Part shown: positions 1 through 8,119 of the stretch, piece by piece | Layout: each line of letters starts with the position of its first letter | How positions within the stretch are numbered: the stretch's first letter is position 1 | DNA from: Halorhodospira halophila SL1 | Lineage (GTDB): Bacteria; Pseudomonadota; Gammaproteobacteria; Nitrococcales; Halorhodospiraceae | Length of the DNA: 32,000 nt | NCBI RefSeq assembly: GCF_000015585.1 | Contig: NC_008789.1 | Coordinates: 1,410,001 to 1,442,000, forward strand | Direction of reading: 5' to 3' | Made by a program: the position numbers and the translations under genes | Notes under the pieces: model-generated | Told to the model about the DNA's origin: nothing | Seen by the model: the letters and a program-made list of their open reading frames with translations, nothing else | Database searches by the model: none

Positions 1-906
1 ATCGATCAAGTCGGATGCATCCATACGGTACAAGGTCTGGAGATGGACTACGTGGGGGTGATCATTGGCCCCGACCTGATCGTGCGCAACGGCCACGTCG
101 TCACCCAGCCCTCCAAACGGGCCCGCACGGACCGATCCCTTCACGGCTACAAGACTGCTCGCAAGGAGGCCCCGGAAGAGTGCGACGCCCGGGCGGACGC
201 GATTATCAAGAACACCTATCGAACCTTGATGAGCCGCGGCCTCAAGGGGTGCCTGATCCACTGCACGGATCCGGAGACACAGGCCTACTTCCGGCAGGAG
301 ATCGAGGCCGCTTTCTCCCAGCCTTCGGACAATACGGAGGCTTCGACGTTGCAGCCGGCGCCGGTCATTCCCCTGGATGAACAGTCATCGACCGAAGCGG
401 AGGATGAACCGCGCACTATCCCCGCCGAAGCAGTCACGCCAGCGGATAACGCTGTGCCGTTTATCGAACTGGAGGCCGCTGCCGGAGAGTTTCAGGCGGG
501 ATTCGCTGAGGCGGAGCGCCTTGAAGAGACGGAGACTTGGATTGCTTTGCCGGAACTCTACCGCGCCCGCCGCGGGTTGTTCGTTGCACGCGTCAAAGGA
601 GAGTCCATGAATCGGCGCATCCCGAATGGCGCCTGGTGCCTCTTCGAGGCCAACCCCGGTGGATCGCGGCACGGCCGGGTCGTGCTCGCGTACCACCGGG
701 ATATCCAGGACCCGGACAACAATTCTGCGCTGACTGTAAAACGGTACTACAGCGAGAAGATCACCTCGGCCGACGGCCAATGGCAGCACTCACGGATTAC
801 CCTGGCCTGCGACACCCTGACCCCAGGCTATGAGGATATCGTGCTTGAGGAAGAGCAGGCGCGGGATCTTCGGATACTGGGAGAGTTCAAGGGCACCGTT
901 GCCTGA
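1..906 (+). CDS. DUF2075-type P-loop NTPase/helicase-like protein (C-terminal part) fused to a LexA/UmuD-like S24 peptidase domain; 5' end lies outside the window
   Basis: Frame 1 is open from nt 1. IDQVGCIHTVQGLEMDYVGVIIGPDL... resembles the conserved C-terminal core of DUF2075 proteins. The last ~130 aa carry S24 hallmarks (AAAGE, VKGESM serine motif, LTVKRY lysine motif). Stop TGA at 904-906. Confidence 0.7.
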   Translation: MDQVGCIHTVQGLEMDYVGVIIGPDLIVRNGHVVTQPSKRARTDRSLHGYKTARKEAPEECDARADAIIKNTYRTLMSRGLKGCLIHCTDPETQAYFRQEIEAAFSQPSDNTEASTLQPAPVIPLDEQSSTEAEDEPRTIPAEAVTPADNAVPFIELEAAAGEFQAGFAEAERLEETETWIALPELYRARRGLFVARVKGESMNRRIPNGAWCLFEANPGGSRHGRVVLAYHRDIQDPDNNSALTVKRYYSEKITSADGQWQHSRITLACDTLTPGYEDIVLEEEQARDLRILGEFKGTVA

Positions 907-1056
907 CTCTAGGGGTATCGACACGGCCGTCGAAATCGGCGTGGTTCACCACCAAGAGCGCGCCCGGCCCCAAATCGCGGGCCAGCAGGGCGCACTAGTC
1001 GACCCCGGTTGACAGGCGCAAATCGGAGCGCCGAGCCAGTGGCTTTGCCCCCTCAC

Positions 1057-1428
1057 TCAGAGCGCGTAGGCCTTCAGCGTATCGAGGTCAATCACGGCCA
1101 GGGTCTCGGCATGCTTAGCGTGCAGATCCACCATCGGAGCCACTCCCGCGCGGTAGGCCTCCATCCAGCGGCCGGCGCAACGACACCATCGGTCCCCGGG
1201 CTGAAGGCCGGGAAACCCCATGCCCGGATTGGGGGCCGTCAGGTCGTTGCCCTGCTCCCGGGTAAAGCTCAGAAACGCCTCGTCCAGCCGGGCGCAGACC
1301 GTGTGGATTCCAACGTCCTCGTGACCAGTATTGCAGCAGCCGTCCCGGTAAAAGCCGGTCAAAGGCTGAGTGCTACAAGGCGCGAGGGGCTGGCCGAGCA
1401 CATTGAGGGACTCGAAAGGCTGGCTCAT
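1057..1428 (-). CDS. DUF2237 family protein
   Basis: NVLGQPLAPCSTQPLTGFYRDGCCNTGHEDVGIHTVCA...FPGLQPGDRWCRCAGRW is the characteristic DUF2237 pattern. ATG at 1428 is preceded by GGAG 7 nt upstream; the TTG at 1440 in the ORF track is less likely. Confidence 0.85.
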   Translation of the reverse strand: MSQPFESLNVLGQPLAPCSTQPLTGFYRDGCCNTGHEDVGIHTVCARLDEAFLSFTREQGNDLTAPNPGMGFPGLQPGDRWCRCAGRWMEAYRAGVAPMVDLHAKHAETLAVIDLDTLKAYAL

Positions 1429-1472
1429 TGCGATCTCCAACTCCGAAGATGGGGGATCATGCGGCAGGGGTG

Positions 1473-1570
1473 CTCATCCACCGGCGCCCGAAGTAGTCAA
1501 GCACCCCGTCGATGCGCACCCCGACATTGTCGCGGGTGATGACCTCCTGTTTGGGGAAGTCACCTCGGGG
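1473..1570 (-). pseudogene. Short SPFH/band-7 (stomatin/HflC-like) gene fragment
   Basis: The minus-strand frame reads DFPKQEVITRDNVGVRIDGVL, resembling the conserved SPFH core. It has no start and no continuation on either side. Confidence 0.4.
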
Positions 1571-1633
1571 ATGGCAGCCGCATCATTCATGCACCGCCGG
1601 AGCAGCATCAGTGCCAGCGGTACCAACACCACC

Positions 1634-1921
1634 CCGGAGAACGCGGTCTGGGGTGTCGGCCAACGGCTCGCCGATCGCCTGGCTGAGCTCGGCATTCAGA
1701 CCACCGAGGATCTCGCCAGGTTACCCCCGCGGCGGATCCGTCAGCACTTCCCCGTGACCCTGGCGCGAACGGCGGAGGAGCTGCGGGGCTGCGCCTGCCA
1801 CGACCTTGAAAGCGAACCGGCGCCCCGGCAGCAGATCGTCTGCTCGCGTACTTTCGGCACGCCGGTTCGTGACAAGCCGGCGCTGCGCGAGGCCGTGGCG
1901 GATTACGCGGCGCGGGCTCAA
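1634..1921 (+). pseudogene. umuC: Internal fragment of a Y-family DNA polymerase V subunit UmuC
   Basis: PENAVWGVGQRLADRLAELGIQTTEDLA...IRQHFPVTLARTAEELRGCACHDLESEPAPRQQIVCSRTFG...AVADYAARA aligns by eye with roughly the middle third of E. coli UmuC. The N-terminal catalytic part and the C-terminus are absent. Confidence 0.75.
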
Positions 1922-2340
1922 TCGGCGGACCTGGTGTTCTGGGTCCGTGAGGCGGGGGGAGCGTTAGTGCCCACAGATGGTGTTATGCACAACAGCCCTC
2001 TAGGTACAGGCACAAAGGTGGGTGCCCTGGCTGGGCTCCTTCCGGTGCGCGAGAACGCGTCCATCGCCCCCCTCCACCACAGGCACGGCGAACGGTGATG
2101 GCATGCTCAGCTGACACCCTCGGGTCGTTCTCGGCGAAAACAGCAGGGCCGCCCGGGGTTGACATTGCCGGTCGCGGTAGTCATTGACCGCTCGTTTCTG
2201 CACAAGCTCCCAGCAAACGCCTCGTAACCCACTGACGGATGGAAGGGTAACGATAGGTTGCTGATTTGCCGTTGCTTTAGCACTGGCTACGGGTTATCCA
2301 GTCGACCTCGAATGCCCTCATGGCAAGGCTTCGGTCGACG

Positions 2341-2374
2341 TTCTCCACACGGTTTTCCACAGGTTTTGTGGAAA
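2341..2374 (+). promoter_or_regulatory. Triple DnaA-box-like motif, copy A (TTCTCCACA n3 TTTTCCACA GGTTT TGTGGAAA)
   Basis: Boxes at 2341-2349 and 2353-2361 (direct) and 2367-2374 (inverted). Each is within one mismatch of TTWTNCACA. The same 34-nt layout occurs at 11672 and 13608. Confidence 0.55.
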
Positions 2375-2419
2375 GGGGATCTCAGTTCTACCGCCGCGGC
2401 ACGCTCCTCCCGCGCCCAC

Positions 2420-3322
2420 TCACACCTTCACCTGATCGGCGATCTCCGCCAGGCGGCTCGTGCCGATCCCGTCGACTTCCTCAAGCTGCTCGATCCGCCG
2501 GATCGGTCTCAGGGCGACGATCGCCTCGGCGCGCTCCGGGCCGATGTGGGGGATCGCCTGGAGTTCTTCGATGGAGGCCGTGTTGAGGTCGATGCGCCCC
2601 GTCGGCTCGTCGCCCTGCCCCGCCCCCGGTGCACCACGAGCCGACCGCGCTGAGGATGGCTTCGTCGCCTCATCCACCGGCCGGGCCGGCTCGATCTGTA
2701 GCTGGGCGTGATCAGCGAAGATCTCCAGCATCTGCTCCTGGAGCACCGTCCGTGGGCCCTGGATCAGGGCCAGGTCATCGGCCTCAAAGAGCAGCGCCGC
2801 CCGCCGGGACCCCTCCAGTTTCTCGGCCGCCACTTCGGCGAGCAGTGCGATCAGGATCCGGTGCGCATCCTCCTTCGGCTGAACGGCGGCGCGGCAATGT
2901 TCAAGTCCCTGTGCCGCCTCCGCGAAGACCTCCGGGGAGCGCGGAAGCGCGACCCATCCCGCCTTCTCGCTGACCCGTCGGTGCGTCCGCTGGCCGTCCT
3001 GGAGCGCCTCACCCCGCCCCCAGACGGCCACCGCCAGGGCGAAGGCGGCGCTGAGCCGGTCCGCGTCCCAGCGGTTGATCGCCTGCTCGACGGCCTCGTC
3101 GATCCGCCGGCGCTGCCGGCACAGCCGGGCATTGCGCCACCACCGCGGCAGGGCGTGCACGTTGTCACCGACCCACTGCCCGAGGGCGATGGCGCCGCGC
3201 AGCAGCCCGCCAATGAGCATCAAGAGCAGCTGCACACCGCCGACGATGGCAGCGAAGACCATGTAGATCAGCTGCAGCTGCGCCGCCTTCTGCCCCCGGG
3301 CCTGGACGCCGAAGAGCTTCGC
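2420..3322 (-). pseudogene. 5'-truncated paralogue of the DUF4236-TM-ComEA(HhH) protein encoded at 11753..12976
   Basis: About three quarters of residues are identical by eye to residues ~115-407 of the 11753..12976 product, including the TM helix and the C-terminal IDLNTASIEELQAIPHIGPERAEAIV...VDGIG HhH domain. Homology stops exactly at the IS terminal repeat (3323). The ORF-track extension to 3616 reads through the IS end. Confidence 0.8.
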
Positions 3323-3350
3323 TGTTAGTGGCCACGTAGACTGACCCACA
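3323..3350 (+). repeat. IS terminal inverted repeat, left (TGTTAGTGGCCACGTAGACTGACCCACA)
   Basis: 27 of 28 nt match the reverse complement of 8120-8147. The TG...CA termini are typical of the IS3 family. Confidence 0.8.
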
Positions 3351-3394
3351 GTGGGGTGCGGATAAAAACTTGGACTACAAGATGGGAGTAGTCC

Positions 3395-4927
3395 ATGTAC
3401 ACGTACGAGCAGCGGATCAAGGCAGTAGAGCTCTACATCCAGTACGACAAGAACGCGGCAGTTACCGTCCGGGAGCTCGGGTATCCGTCGAAGAAGAACC
3501 TGCGGCGCTGGTATGACATTTACGCAGCAACCGGTGATTTGCCGAAGCGATCGAAGCGCAAACCAAGGTATTCGGCGGAACAGAAGCAAAGGGCCGTTGA
3601 CCACTACATGACCCATGGCCGTTGTCTAGCGAGGACTCGCAAGGCGCTAGGTTATCCTGGTGTCGAAACGCTAAGCCATTGGGTTCTGGAGCGTGAGCCC
3701 GACTTGCGTACCGGATCGAGCGCCAGCTTAACGAAGCCTCCTTCGTCGGATGAGACTAAGCGGGAGGCCGTCATTGAGCTATGTTCCCGGCAAGGGGCGG
3801 CTTCAGAGGTTGCCGAGAGGGTGGGCGTCAGCAGGCAGGTGCTGTACAAGTGGAAGGACCGCTTACTCGGTGCCGAGGCGCGCCCCCCAATGAAACCGCG
3901 TGACGATACGACCTCGCAAAGCGAACGTGGCGCCCTGGAGCAAGAGATCGAAACGCTGCAACGGCGCGTCCACCGCCTTCAGCTTGAACACGATCTGCTA
4001 ACAAAAGCGAACGAACTGTTAAAAAAAGACCACGGCGTCAACCTGCAGCTCCTGACGAACAAGGAGAAGACCCTGCTGGTTGACGCCCTCCGAAACATCT
4101 ACTCGCTCACGGAGCTGTTCACGCCGCTGCGCCTAGCCCGTAGCAGCTACTTCTACCATCGGGCTCGGCTGCGACGGCCGGAGAAGTACAGCGCCCTTCG
4201 TGGCCTTGTCAGTAGTCTGTTTGAGGACAACCACTACTGTTACGGCTACCGACGCATCCGCGTCGAACTCCACCGTCTTGGCATCGTGATCTCCGAGAAG
4301 GTGATCCGGCGGCTCATGGCGGAGGAGCAGCTCGTTGTCCAGACGACCAAGTGCCGTCGTTTTAGCTCGTACCGCGGCGAAATCACTCCGGCCCCTGAGA
4401 ACGTGGTTAACCGGGACTTCAGTGCACCGGCGCCTAACCGCAAGTGGCTGACCGATCTCACCGAGTTTCAGATTCCGGCCGGCAAGGTCTACCTATCCCC
4501 GTTAATCGACTGCTTCGACGGGCTGGCGGTCAGTTGGACGGTGGGAACCCGGCCTGATGCTGAGCTGGTGAACACGATGCTCGATTACGCCGTTGCGGTG
4601 CTTAAAGACGATGAGAAGCCGGTGGTTCATAGCGATCGCGGGGCGCACTATCGTTGGCCTGGGTGGTTATCCCGCATTGAGTTAGCCGGCCTGACCCGGT
4701 CGATGTCACGCAAAGGCTGTACGCCAGACAACGCCGCCTGTGAAGGCTTCTTTGGACGCCTGAAGGCCGAGTTCTTCTATACCCGTGACTGGCACGGCGT
4801 GACCCTTGAGCAGTTCATCGAGAAACTCGATGCCTATCTGCAATGGTACAACCGAAAACGCGTTAAGCTGTCGCTAGGAGGCCGGAGCCCTCTTGAGTAC
4901 CGAGACAGCCTCGGAATTGCAGCATGA
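3395..4927 (+). CDS. IS3 family transposase (single fused ORF, HTH domains plus DDE/rve core)
   Basis: N-terminal HTH repeats (YEQRIKAVELY..., YSAEQKQRAVDHY...), a coiled-coil, then the DDE core: WLTDLTEF, VVHSDRGAHY, CTPDNAACEGFFGRLK. ATG lies 45 nt inside the left IR. Confidence 0.9.
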   Translation: MYTYEQRIKAVELYIQYDKNAAVTVRELGYPSKKNLRRWYDIYAATGDLPKRSKRKPRYSAEQKQRAVDHYMTHGRCLARTRKALGYPGVETLSHWVLEREPDLRTGSSASLTKPPSSDETKREAVIELCSRQGAASEVAERVGVSRQVLYKWKDRLLGAEARPPMKPRDDTTSQSERGALEQEIETLQRRVHRLQLEHDLLTKANELLKKDHGVNLQLLTNKEKTLLVDALRNIYSLTELFTPLRLARSSYFYHRARLRRPEKYSALRGLVSSLFEDNHYCYGYRRIRVELHRLGIVISEKVIRRLMAEEQLVVQTTKCRRFSSYRGEITPAPENVVNRDFSAPAPNRKWLTDLTEFQIPAGKVYLSPLIDCFDGLAVSWTVGTRPDAELVNTMLDYAVAVLKDDEKPVVHSDRGAHYRWPGWLSRIELAGLTRSMSRKGCTPDNAACEGFFGRLKAEFFYTRDWHGVTLEQFIEKLDAYLQWYNRKRVKLSLGGRSPLEYRDSLGIAA

Positions 4928-5050
4928 ACCAGTCCAAGAAAATAGCCGCATACCCCAGCCGGCCATCAGAATTGACCCACCTTCGGGTGGCCCCTGGCCA
5001 CGAGAGACCGTACCGTCGGCCGCCTGACCAAGCTGCGGAAGGCGGGGACC

Positions 5051-5135
5051 ATGAAGGAGTGGGTCATGATTCATCGGATCAAAGCGCTGTACGACGAGGG
5101 ACGCGGGTTATCCGTCCGTGCCATCAGCTCGGCGA
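5051..5135 (+). pseudogene. N-terminal HTH fragment of a second transposase (IS21 IstA-like)
   Basis: MKEWVMIHRIKALYDEGRGLSVRAISS resembles the N-terminal HTH of IstA-type transposases. Similarity is lost where the GGDEF gene's 3' end begins (5124). Confidence 0.35.
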
Positions 5136-6803
5136 CACGATGGAGACGCGATTGCGGCCCTGGTGCTTGGCGGCGTAAAGCGCGCAATCGGCGCGCTCGA
5201 AGAGGTCGCGGTCGCTGTCTTCGCTAGCCAGGACGCTGACCCCAAAGCTTGCCGTCAGCCCGTGTTGCCTGAGCACCGGATGGTCGGCGAGAGCCCTGCG
5301 CAGCTTATCGGCTGACTGCTGTGCTCCGTCCAGGCCGGTGGCGGGTAGCAGGATCACGAACTCCTCGCCGCCCCAGCGGCCGACGATGTCGGCCTCGCGG
5401 ACCCCGGCACGCAGCTGGTCGGCGAGATGGCGGAGGATCTTATCGCCGACGGCATGGCCGTGCTCGTCGTTGACCCGTTTGAAGTGGTCCAGATCGATCA
5501 GCAGCATCGCCAGGGGTTTGCCGGTCTCTTGGTGTTGGGCCACCTGGGTGGCGATCTGTTGGTCGAGGCCGCTGCGATTGAGCAGGCCGGTCAGGCGGTC
5601 GTGTTGCGCCTGTTGGTCCAGCGCATGGATTTCTCGCCGACTGCGCGCCAGTCCGCGGTTGATCTGCCAGGCGAGCAGGCGCAGTTCGTGGATCCAGCGG
5701 ACGGGGCCGTGGATGGGTACCGTCTGTCTCGCAGCCGCCGCTTGGGCTGTCTGTCGCAGTGGGGTGACCAATAGCCGGCGTGCCATCTGGTGGAAGAGCG
5801 CAGTGGCCAGGACGACGAGTCCGCCCGTGCCGACTAGCACCGCAATCCAGATCTTACGCACATCCTCAGAACCGGGGTGTTGCATTTCCAGCCGGGCGAG
5901 GATGTCCAAGTGGTGGCCATCGTCGTCGAGTTCAATGCGGTTGAGCCAGGCGTAATACGATCGGGGTTGGTCCGTTGTTTCTGGCCGGTAGAGGCCCCGT
6001 TGCCCGACGGCGCGCTGGAAACGCTCCAGCTTTTGGTCCTGCTGCGTCGGGACCTCGGCGAAGGCCTTGGCCTTGTTCAACTCTTGCAGAGCCGGGTCCA
6101 GGCCTAGAGAGATCAGCCATTGGCCATTGACCAGGAAGAAGAGCTCGCCCTCGTAAAGCGCCCGCTGGTCCAAGCGCTCTTCCATGCCTCGGAACACTTC
6201 ATCGATGAACGCCGGGCTGAGACCCAGTTCCAGGGCGTAGCCGTCATCGCCGAGCGGGCCATAGGTATAGAAGCGGAACTCCCGGCTTACCAGCTCAAGG
6301 GTGGGTGGCCCGATCAGGACTTGGTCCTCGGCGAGCGCAGTCTTGAGCATACCGTGCGCATCTTCCATGCCCTCCATAGTGAAATCCAATCCTTCGTCGG
6401 GCTCGAAGGTGGTTCGGCTGATGCGCAGCTCCGGGGTGACGATGTAGACGTGGACCGGGTCGCCGAGTTCCTCGCTGAGCCGCTTCGCCAGGGCCTCGAG
6501 GTCGGTCTCCTCGATCCCGCGCTCCTCGATGGTCTGTCGGGCCTTTTCATGGGCCCGCCGATAGCGGGGTTCCCGGGCCTCCAGAAACCGCTCGAGTTCC
6601 GCGTAGCCGGCTCGCAGTTCGGCGCGTACCCCTTCGGCCAGCACAGCGTTGACGCGCTGATCGTGGGCTTGCTGCCTGTCCAGCAGGATCGCGCCGCCGA
6701 TGGTGAGGATGGCGACGAGGGCGGCGAGCAGGAAGCCAATGCCGATCAGGAGTAGTGCGCCGACGCCGATGCGTGGGCGGTATCGTGCGGGGAACAGGGC
6801 CAT
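5124..6803 (-). CDS. Membrane-bound diguanylate cyclase (two TM helices, ~300-aa extracytoplasmic sensor region, GGDEF domain)
   Basis: RLTGLLNRSGL...LLIDLDHFKRVNDEHGHAVGD...GRWGGEEFVILLP is a GGDEF domain with a GGEEF active site. ATG 6803 is conserved in the remnant copy at 25372. GTG 6845 is an alternative start that is not conserved there. Confidence 0.85.
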   Translation of the reverse strand: MALFPARYRPRIGVGALLLIGIGFLLAALVAILTIGGAILLDRQQAHDQRVNAVLAEGVRAELRAGYAELERFLEAREPRYRRAHEKARQTIEERGIEETDLEALAKRLSEELGDPVHVYIVTPELRISRTTFEPDEGLDFTMEGMEDAHGMLKTALAEDQVLIGPPTLELVSREFRFYTYGPLGDDGYALELGLSPAFIDEVFRGMEERLDQRALYEGELFFLVNGQWLISLGLDPALQELNKAKAFAEVPTQQDQKLERFQRAVGQRGLYRPETTDQPRSYYAWLNRIELDDDGHHLDILARLEMQHPGSEDVRKIWIAVLVGTGGLVVLATALFHQMARRLLVTPLRQTAQAAAARQTVPIHGPVRWIHELRLLAWQINRGLARSRREIHALDQQAQHDRLTGLLNRSGLDQQIATQVAQHQETGKPLAMLLIDLDHFKRVNDEHGHAVGDKILRHLADQLRAGVREADIVGRWGGEEFVILLPATGLDGAQQSADKLRRALADHPVLRQHGLTASFGVSVLASEDSDRDLFERADCALYAAKHQGRNRVSIVSPS

Positions 6804-6843
6804 GGCAGGCGGGCTTCCGTGCTCGCTAAAAGGGGGGCGCGCC

Positions 6844-6873
6844 ACACGGGGCGCCCCGAGGGGCGCCCCGTGT
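6844..6873. terminator. Perfect 14-bp-stem GC hairpin (ACACGGGGCGCCCC GA GGGGCGCCCCGTGT); terminator-like or operator-like
   Basis: Self-complementary by inspection. It lies between the cytochrome c' remnant and the GGDEF start and is repeated at 25316-25337. There is no U-tract. Confidence 0.4.
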
Positions 6874-6886
6874 GGATCATCGGACG

Positions 6887-6955
6887 ATCATTGTCTCGAA
6901 AGTTGTTCCGGCAAGTCTGGCACAACTCGCCGACCTGCATAAATGGCCCTTGGTA
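6887..6955 (-). pseudogene. C-terminal remnant of a cytochrome c' gene with a destroyed heme motif
   Basis: YQGPFMQVGELCQTCRNNFRDN aligns with IQGPFMQVAESCQACHDNYRDN* of the intact gene at 24842-25297. CxxCH has become CQTCR and the stop codon is lost. Confidence 0.7.
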
Positions 6956-7060
6956 CATCCTTACAAGCGGCCCCCCAAGGAAGGGTGATGGCACTTCGTC
7001 GAAACATCGACGCCGCTCTGATGAACTGCCAGCCGGCGCCCGTTGCGAACAACTGACTCT

Positions 7061-7714
7061 TTAGAGGGAGCGAATCAAGTCAGGACCGTTGTTCTTGGGT
7101 GTGTTCACCCGAGAGCTGACCGGATGTGCGACCAGCTGCGCCATATTTAGGCCGCGAGTTGCCGCTTTCACGGACTTCCGATCACTGATTTCGGGATCCA
7201 GCCACTCGTCCCAGCACTCGGGCGCGAGGACGAGCGGCATGCGGTCGTGGAGAGGCTGCAGATGCGCCTTCGACGGCTGCGTGATGATTGCGAAGGACGC
7301 CGCCCGTTCTTCGGTGGCCGGCTCATAGACACCCGCGAAGCACAGCAGGTCGTCGTCCCGGGAGGCGATGAAGTGCGGAACCTTCCCCTGTTCGGCCTTT
7401 TGCCACTCGAACCAACCGCTGGCTGGAATCAGGCAGCGGCGATGGGCGAATGCAGAGCGGAAGTAAGGGCTGGAGGCGACCGTCTCCGCCCGGGCGTTGA
7501 TCGGTGCGGGTTGGCTGGCGTCGGCCCACCATGGCCGAAATCCCCAAAGCAACGGCAAGAGATGCCTGCCGTGATCGCAAGACACGGCGACCGGCTGCTG
7601 CGTGCCCGGCGGTACGTTGTAGTCAGGTGAGAGTTCGCCGCAGTCGTCGTAATCGATGCGAAGCGCTCGCATGATTCGGGAATGCGGAGCGTAACGGGCG
7701 AACCGGCCACACAC
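7061..7714 (-). CDS. SOS response-associated peptidase (SRAP, YedK/HMCES family)
   Basis: It starts MCGRF (catalytic Cys2), followed by YNVPPGTQ, LLWGFRPWW, INARAETV and IPASGWFEWQK, which are typical SRAP blocks. Confidence 0.9.
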   Translation of the reverse strand: MCGRFARYAPHSRIMRALRIDYDDCGELSPDYNVPPGTQQPVAVSCDHGRHLLPLLWGFRPWWADASQPAPINARAETVASSPYFRSAFAHRRCLIPASGWFEWQKAEQGKVPHFIASRDDDLLCFAGVYEPATEERAASFAIITQPSKAHLQPLHDRMPLVLAPECWDEWLDPEISDRKSVKAATRGLNMAQLVAHPVSSRVNTPKNNGPDLIRSL

Positions 7715-8119
7715 AGTGACAGACTCCGTACTCGGGGGACCGAAAACGATTGTGGCACGGCCTCGGGGCCGTTGTGTGATCCGGCCACGACCACCACGGC
7801 TACAACCCGCAACGCGACCGGTGTAGCCACCGCGCCACCGGAACGCAGCAGGAGTCGGTCATCGTGCACACGCTCGACACCATCGGCTACGAGCGCACCG
7901 ATCTTGGAGTTACCCCGCTTCCGTCGACGGTTCGCGGCTTTCGCACTGGGCGGACGTGACCCCAAAACCCAGTGACGGCGTCTGGGGGGGGGGTGTGGCA
8001 CCCCTCAATGAACTGGAAAACGGCCAACGTGGGGTGCGCAGAAACGACACTCCGTGTGATTCCGGAACCGAGTGCGGCCAATGAGTGTCAATGGCCACCG
8101 CCTCGGACCCACTCCGCTG

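Larger units (their letters stand above)
2130..3322. repeat. Copy A of a ~1.2 kb segmental duplication (partner 11465..12637), cut off at 3322 by the IS
   Basis: Nucleotide and protein alignment by eye with 11465-12637. It covers ~290 nt of non-coding or remnant sequence starting at GGGGTTGACA, the DnaA-box-like cluster, and the 3' ~900 nt of the HhH gene. Confidence 0.8.

Noticed and set aside
2159-2195. TTGACA at the outer edge of both duplicated copies (2159 and 11490) as a promoter for an antisense or ncRNA transcript
   Set aside because: No acceptable -10 hexamer lies at 16-18 nt in either copy (CATTGA / CATCAA). The conservation is better explained by a fossil coding sequence in that frame.
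2300-2338. 13-bp hairpin GTCGACC..GAA.GCC / GGC.TTC.GGTCGAC in copy A as a structured RNA
   Set aside because: The pairing is not maintained and shows no compensatory changes in the homologous position of copy B (11635-11670).
3323-3616. N-terminal extension of ORF 2420..3616 (398 aa)
   Set aside because: Homology to the intact paralogue stops exactly at the IS inverted repeat. The extra ~98 codons read through the IS end and the antisense strand of the transposase start.
6804-6845. GTG 6845 as the start of the GGDEF gene
   Set aside because: The 14 extra codons overlap the GC hairpin, and the remnant copy has no start codon at the equivalent position. ATG 6803 is conserved in both copies and has a GGAAG upstream.
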